59,450 nucleotides of DNA from an uncultured Candidatus Saccharibacteria bacterium. Lineage in GTDB: Bacteria > Patescibacteriota > Minisyncoccia > JBAYJV01. The DNA lies in NCBI GenBank assembly GCA_964577395.1, contig CAZNYQ010000004.1:1-59450 (forward strand), read 5' to 3'. The notes under the pieces are model-generated. The model was not told where the DNA came from. It searched no databases and saw nothing but the letters and a program-made list of their open reading frames with translations. How positions within the stretch are numbered: the stretch's first letter is position 1; every line of letters starts with the position of its first letter. The position numbers and the translations under genes are program-made. Below are positions 56,469-59,450 of this stretch, piece after piece.

Positions 56469-56906
56469 TTATTTAGGCGATTCGATGAGTAAACCTTGTA
56501 AGCGTGAAAGGGGCACAACATCTTCTCCCCTGACATATACGCAATCTCCTTCATTGTTTTTCAGGACAAGATAATCATCTTTACTAAAATTCCAGCCCCA
56601 GTGCCCTAGACATGTCTTCACGATTTCTGGCGCAACTAAATCCCCAAGAAGTCCCCTTTGGGAAACTCTTACATCGTAAAGTAAACGACCGTGATCAAAA
56701 GCTCCAACTACAACATTGAATTTACTACGACTTGAACTAAGCTCGGCAGGATAAAAGAACATTAACTCTTTTTCTCCCCTGAGACGAACTTCTTTACCCA
56801 ATGCGTTTCTTCCTTCAGCAATTAGCAAGATTTCGTAATCATGACTTAGTAGTTCTTCTTCTGGGACAACTTTTCCATATTCATCAATGCCCATTAATCC
56901 TTTCAT
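56469..56906 (-). CDS. Hypothetical protein, paralog of 54885..55313
   Basis: AAAGGAGGT SD; same collinear motifs as its paralog. Confidence 0.8.
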   Translation of the reverse strand: MKGLMGIDEYGKVVPEEELLSHDYEILLIAEGRNALGKEVRLRGEKELMFFYPAELSSSRSKFNVVVGAFDHGRLLYDVRVSQRGLLGDLVAPEIVKTCLGHWGWNFSKDDYLVLKNNEGDCVYVRGEDVVPLSRLQGLLIESPK

Positions 56907-56913
56907 CTTATCT

Positions 56914-57040
56914 ACCTCCTTTAGAATTACTTATATAATATATTATCTTCTATATTATGTCAAGCAAGTTCAAGCTAACACAAAAAGAGATATAACAAAA
57001 GCCTCATGAATAAAGGCTTAGAAAAAAGGGTGCTAACGGG
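56914..57040 (-). repeat. Terminator-promoter-RBS module, copy B (abuts tRNA-His 3' end)
   Basis: TTGACA (56963-58), 17 nt, TATTAT (56940-35); hairpin AAGCCT/AGGCTT. Confidence 0.85.
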
Positions 57041-57099
57041 ACTCGAACCCGTATCGCTAGGACCACAACCTAGTGCTCTGCCCTTGAGCTATAGCCACC
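57028..57099 (-). tRNA. tRNA-His (GTG) with G-1, CCA not encoded, acceptor 3' strand one C short
   Basis: GGTGGCTA TA GCTC..GAGC, CTAGG-TTGTGGT-CCTAG anticodon arm, ACGGG-TTCGAGT-CCCGT T arm, 3' TAGCACCC. Confidence 0.9.
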
Positions 57100-57251
57100 A
57101 TATTAAAAAATATACTTTATGTTCATTTTTTTAACCAATTACTTTCATAAATAAAAGTTACCAAAAAAACTAATTACTCATTGTAGGTTAAAGCTTGCTA
57201 TGGTAAAATATTATAATCCTAAATTATGAATAATGAAGGGGGGTGAATACT

Positions 57252-57833
57252 TTGAAAATCATCAAAAATAATATTAAACCATTAAGTTTTTTTCTTCTAG
57301 GTTTTTTTATCGCTACAGGGATAGCTCTATCTTTTGTTCCTAATTTAACCACAGCACAGCAGTCCGACTGTCAAATGACACAAGAAAATGTTGAAAATCT
57401 TTATCAAGCTATTTTCCATCGCGATATGGACACCGACGCTGAAGATTATATTGGACATCAATTTAGTTTTGTTGTCCAACAAATGCAACAATCTCAGGAA
57501 CAAACAAAATACAATGCTCTATATAAGTCTATGAAATCCTTAGAAGAAGCTCAAAGAGAACCTGGAGAAATTAGTGAAGAAAATCAACAGATATATAAAG
57601 ATTACATTGATCAATCAGCAGCTATTATTAATGAGTGGGCAAAGACTCTTCCGGAACAAGCATCTGAAGATAAAGTTATTGGCCCAGAACAAGCTCGAGA
57701 AGCAATTCAAAATGCTTATCAAAACATGAATCAGATAGCTCAGCAAGCTTGTGAACAGGGATTATTGCAAGCGCAAAGACAAATAGGCAAGCCTTCTGAC
57801 TTGCCAACTCCTTCTAATAAAAAAGGGCAATAA
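57252..57833 (+). CDS. Secreted Gln-rich hypothetical protein (ORF track start 57243)
   Basis: GGGGGGTGA SD before TTG 57252; signal peptide; LYQAIFHRDMD segment loosely DUF4214-like; terminator 57853-57886. Confidence 0.72.
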   Translation: MKIIKNNIKPLSFFLLGFFIATGIALSFVPNLTTAQQSDCQMTQENVENLYQAIFHRDMDTDAEDYIGHQFSFVVQQMQQSQEQTKYNALYKSMKSLEEAQREPGEISEENQQIYKDYIDQSAAIINEWAKTLPEQASEDKVIGPEQAREAIQNAYQNMNQIAQQACEQGLLQAQRQIGKPSDLPTPSNKKGQ

Positions 57834-58129
57834 AATTAAGCAACGATAAATTAAAAAAGGCCTATCTAAACAGATAGGACTTTTTTATTTCTTTTAATCG
57901 CCAATAAATATTGTAAGCTTTTTAACAGTTCTTTTAAAAACTCGTTAATAAAAGCAGGTTTTAAGAAAAGGGTTAGGAGCATAATATTATTATAACTTTA
58001 CTAGAGAAATATGATGAGTTTAGCAAGCTAATCAATGGTTTAAAGGAAATCAACGAATTGCAAAAAAGTTTTGCATAAAAATTTTTAGCATGGTTATTTC
58101 AATAAAATAAAATATCCCCAAATTAGGGG

Positions 58130-58157
58130 TTGACAGGAATTTATTATTTGTTAGAAT
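58130..58157 (+). promoter_or_regulatory. sigma70 promoter with extended -10
   Basis: TTGACA (58130-35), 16 nt, TG-T-TAGAAT (58149-57). Confidence 0.65.
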
Positions 58158-58163
58158 AGATAA

Positions 58164-58209
58164 TGTGATAGCACTCTGGGGTGTCTTCGGACAGCTCCAG
58201 ATTTTTTTT
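58164..58209 (+). ncRNA. Candidate ~45-nt RNA consisting mostly of a cUUCGg terminator hairpin
   Basis: TCTGGGGTGTC-TTCG-GACAGCTCCAGA then T8, starting ~18 nt after the -10 box. Confidence 0.45.
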
Positions 58210-58717
58210 ATTGAGAAATTTGTTTCTTCAGCTTACGAATATCTATATATTTAGCTCTTTCTAATAGTTCTTTAGCAATTCTTCCTCGTGTAGACATAAC
58301 AATAATTCTTTTTTTCTTATCCTTAATTCTATCTATTGGAGCAGAAAAATCACTATCGCCTGACATTAGTACAGCTGTAGTATACTTATTAGATAATTCA
58401 ACCATCTCAAGTGCTAATTCCATATCTAGGTTTCCCTTATATTTTTGTAAATGTTTAGATACACGAATTTTCTTAATTGCTTTTGTTCTTAAGATATAGC
58501 CATTGATATCAAGCATATCCAAAAATTTTCTTTCTCGCTTCCTGTCTTCATTGTAAGCAATATAAACGAAGCATTTAACATTCGTACCACATTCTTTTCT
58601 AAAATATTTAATTAATTTTTCATAAGAAATTCTCCAGCCTAAGTTTCTTTGAGAATAAAAAAGATTCGCCGCATCAATAAAAACATAAACCCTGCCTTTT
58701 ATAAGTTCTTTAAGCAT
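58208..58717 (-). CDS. NYN (LabA/DUF88, PIN-like) domain ribonuclease
   Basis: FIDAAN, KGNLDMELA, LMSGDSDF, catalytic Asp pattern intact. Confidence 0.92.
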   Translation of the reverse strand: MLKELIKGRVYVFIDAANLFYSQRNLGWRISYEKLIKYFRKECGTNVKCFVYIAYNEDRKRERKFLDMLDINGYILRTKAIKKIRVSKHLQKYKGNLDMELALEMVELSNKYTTAVLMSGDSDFSAPIDRIKDKKKRIIVMSTRGRIAKELLERAKYIDIRKLKKQISQ

Positions 58718-58890
58718 ATTAGCTTATTTTATCATAAAACCATCGTTGAAAAAGTATTTTAAACAATTCTATCATAGAACCCGCAAGTGCGAACGGCCCT
58801 ACTTGTCCATCTCTAACTTTAGCGAGAGAGAACCTGTTTGAACAGATTGATTATACAAAGCTTTTCTGAATACCCGTGGAGTTTTAGATT

Positions 58891-59109
58891 TTAAAAGTAA
58901 AATAATCTCAATAATACAAAAAAAGAGGATTGACTTAAATCAATCCTCTGATCTATTTCACCATAGATACAGCAAATAATTCCAGGAATAGCTAGAAAAG
59001 AAAACCAAGGATTACAAACTATCGAAAGACTAACAGCGACCGCTAGAAATAGGGCACCAAAATAGAGAATTAGACCCCTTGCTTCTTCGATAAAGTTTCG
59101 CGTGGTCAT
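58891..59109 (-). CDS. Small two-TM hypothetical protein
   Basis: 72 aa, hydrophobic; ATGA overlap with the upstream 40-aa ORF. Confidence 0.6.
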   Translation of the reverse strand: MTTRNFIEEARGLILYFGALFLAVAVSLSIVCNPWFSFLAIPGIICCIYGEIDQRIDLSQSSFFVLLRLFYF

Positions 59110-59228
59110 CCCTTTCTATCTCCCTTATCTACTTTATTTTCTTCTTCGGGCAGTCCTCCTATAGCAACACAAAAAAATCCAATGACCAAAAAACCAATCC
59201 ATATACATAGCAATGTGTATTCGCTCAT
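59106..59228 (-). CDS. 40-aa single-TM peptide (not in ORF track)
   Basis: MSEYTLLCIWIGFLVIGFFCVAIGGLPEEENKVDKGDRKG; AAAGGGGGT SD; module promoter; TGA overlaps the next ATG. Confidence 0.62.
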   Translation of the reverse strand: MSEYTLLCIWIGFLVIGFFCVAIGGLPEEENKVDKGDRKG

Positions 59229-59233
59229 ATCTA

Positions 59234-59350
59234 CCCCCTTTGCCTAGAACTATCAATATCATATATCATTTTCTATACTCTATCAAGCAGTTTCGAGCTA
59301 CCACGAAAGAGGTATAACAAAAACCTCGTAAATAGAGGTTTAGAAAAAAG
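59234..59350 (-). repeat. Terminator-promoter-RBS module, copy C
   Basis: GAAAGAGGTATAACAAAAACCTCGTAAATAGAGGTTTAGAAAAAAG nearly identical to copy A; TTGATA (59286-81), 17 nt, TATGAT (59263-58). Confidence 0.85.
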
Positions 59351-59450
59351 TGTCGTTTATGCGACAATGCTAGGACTTTTCTATGTATCTAATTAGTATT
59401 TTGAAGACTTCTTTCTTTCCATTCATTTAATGTTTCGTATTTCCGTCCGC

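Noticed and set aside
58169-58176. TAGCACTC, left half of a CIRCE element
   Set aside because: No GAGTGCTAA right arm at 9 nt and no chaperone gene downstream; none found upstream of clpB either
56180-59350. Module repeats as a CRISPR array or integron attC sites
   Set aside because: Repeats are ~120 nt, irregularly spaced and separated by whole genes; no cas or intI gene and no RYYYAAC/GTTRRRY pattern
1-59450. Alternative genetic code (TGA as Gly, as in Gracilibacteria/Absconditabacteria)
   Set aside because: Long conserved proteins (clpB, topA, cysS, recJ) translate full length under code 11, and TGA ends ORFs at sensible positions such as the LCP gene

Overview
AT-rich bacterial chromosome segment read with the standard genetic code. 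It most likely comes from a Patescibacteria (CPR, Parcubacteria-like) genome; this is inferred from gene content and style, not from a search. The backbone is housekeeping: priA, def, yqeY-like, rpsU, hisS, lepB, LCP, pth, a shortened mfd, dus, rnhA, recJ, mreBCD-mrdA, rfbD, clpB, dprA-topA, corA-like, cysS, ROK, DsbA-like, rplJ-rplL with an L10 leader, rmuC and a MacAB-like ABC operon. There are two CCA-less tRNAs (Gln-CTG, His-GTG). Four accessory layers stand out. (1) About 17 small orphan genes with strong Shine-Dalgarno sites, many with their own consensus sigma70 promoter and terminator, whereas most core genes lack an SD. (2) Five promoter-driven structured RNA candidates absent from the ORF track: one 6S-like rod, one kissing-loop RNA, one multibranch switch-like RNA, a second rod and a ~45-nt RNA convergent with an NYN nuclease. 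Three carry anti-SD sequences. (3) A tRNA-His-anchored island in which a ~120-nt terminator+promoter+RBS module occurs three times, each ahead of a different gene. (4) An acyl-ACP-reductase-like enzyme next to two tandem 7TM histidine kinases, a possible signal-synthase/receptor module. No CRISPR array, integrase, transposase or rRNA was seen. RNA folds, alignments and family calls were made by eye and from memory of motifs; none was computed.
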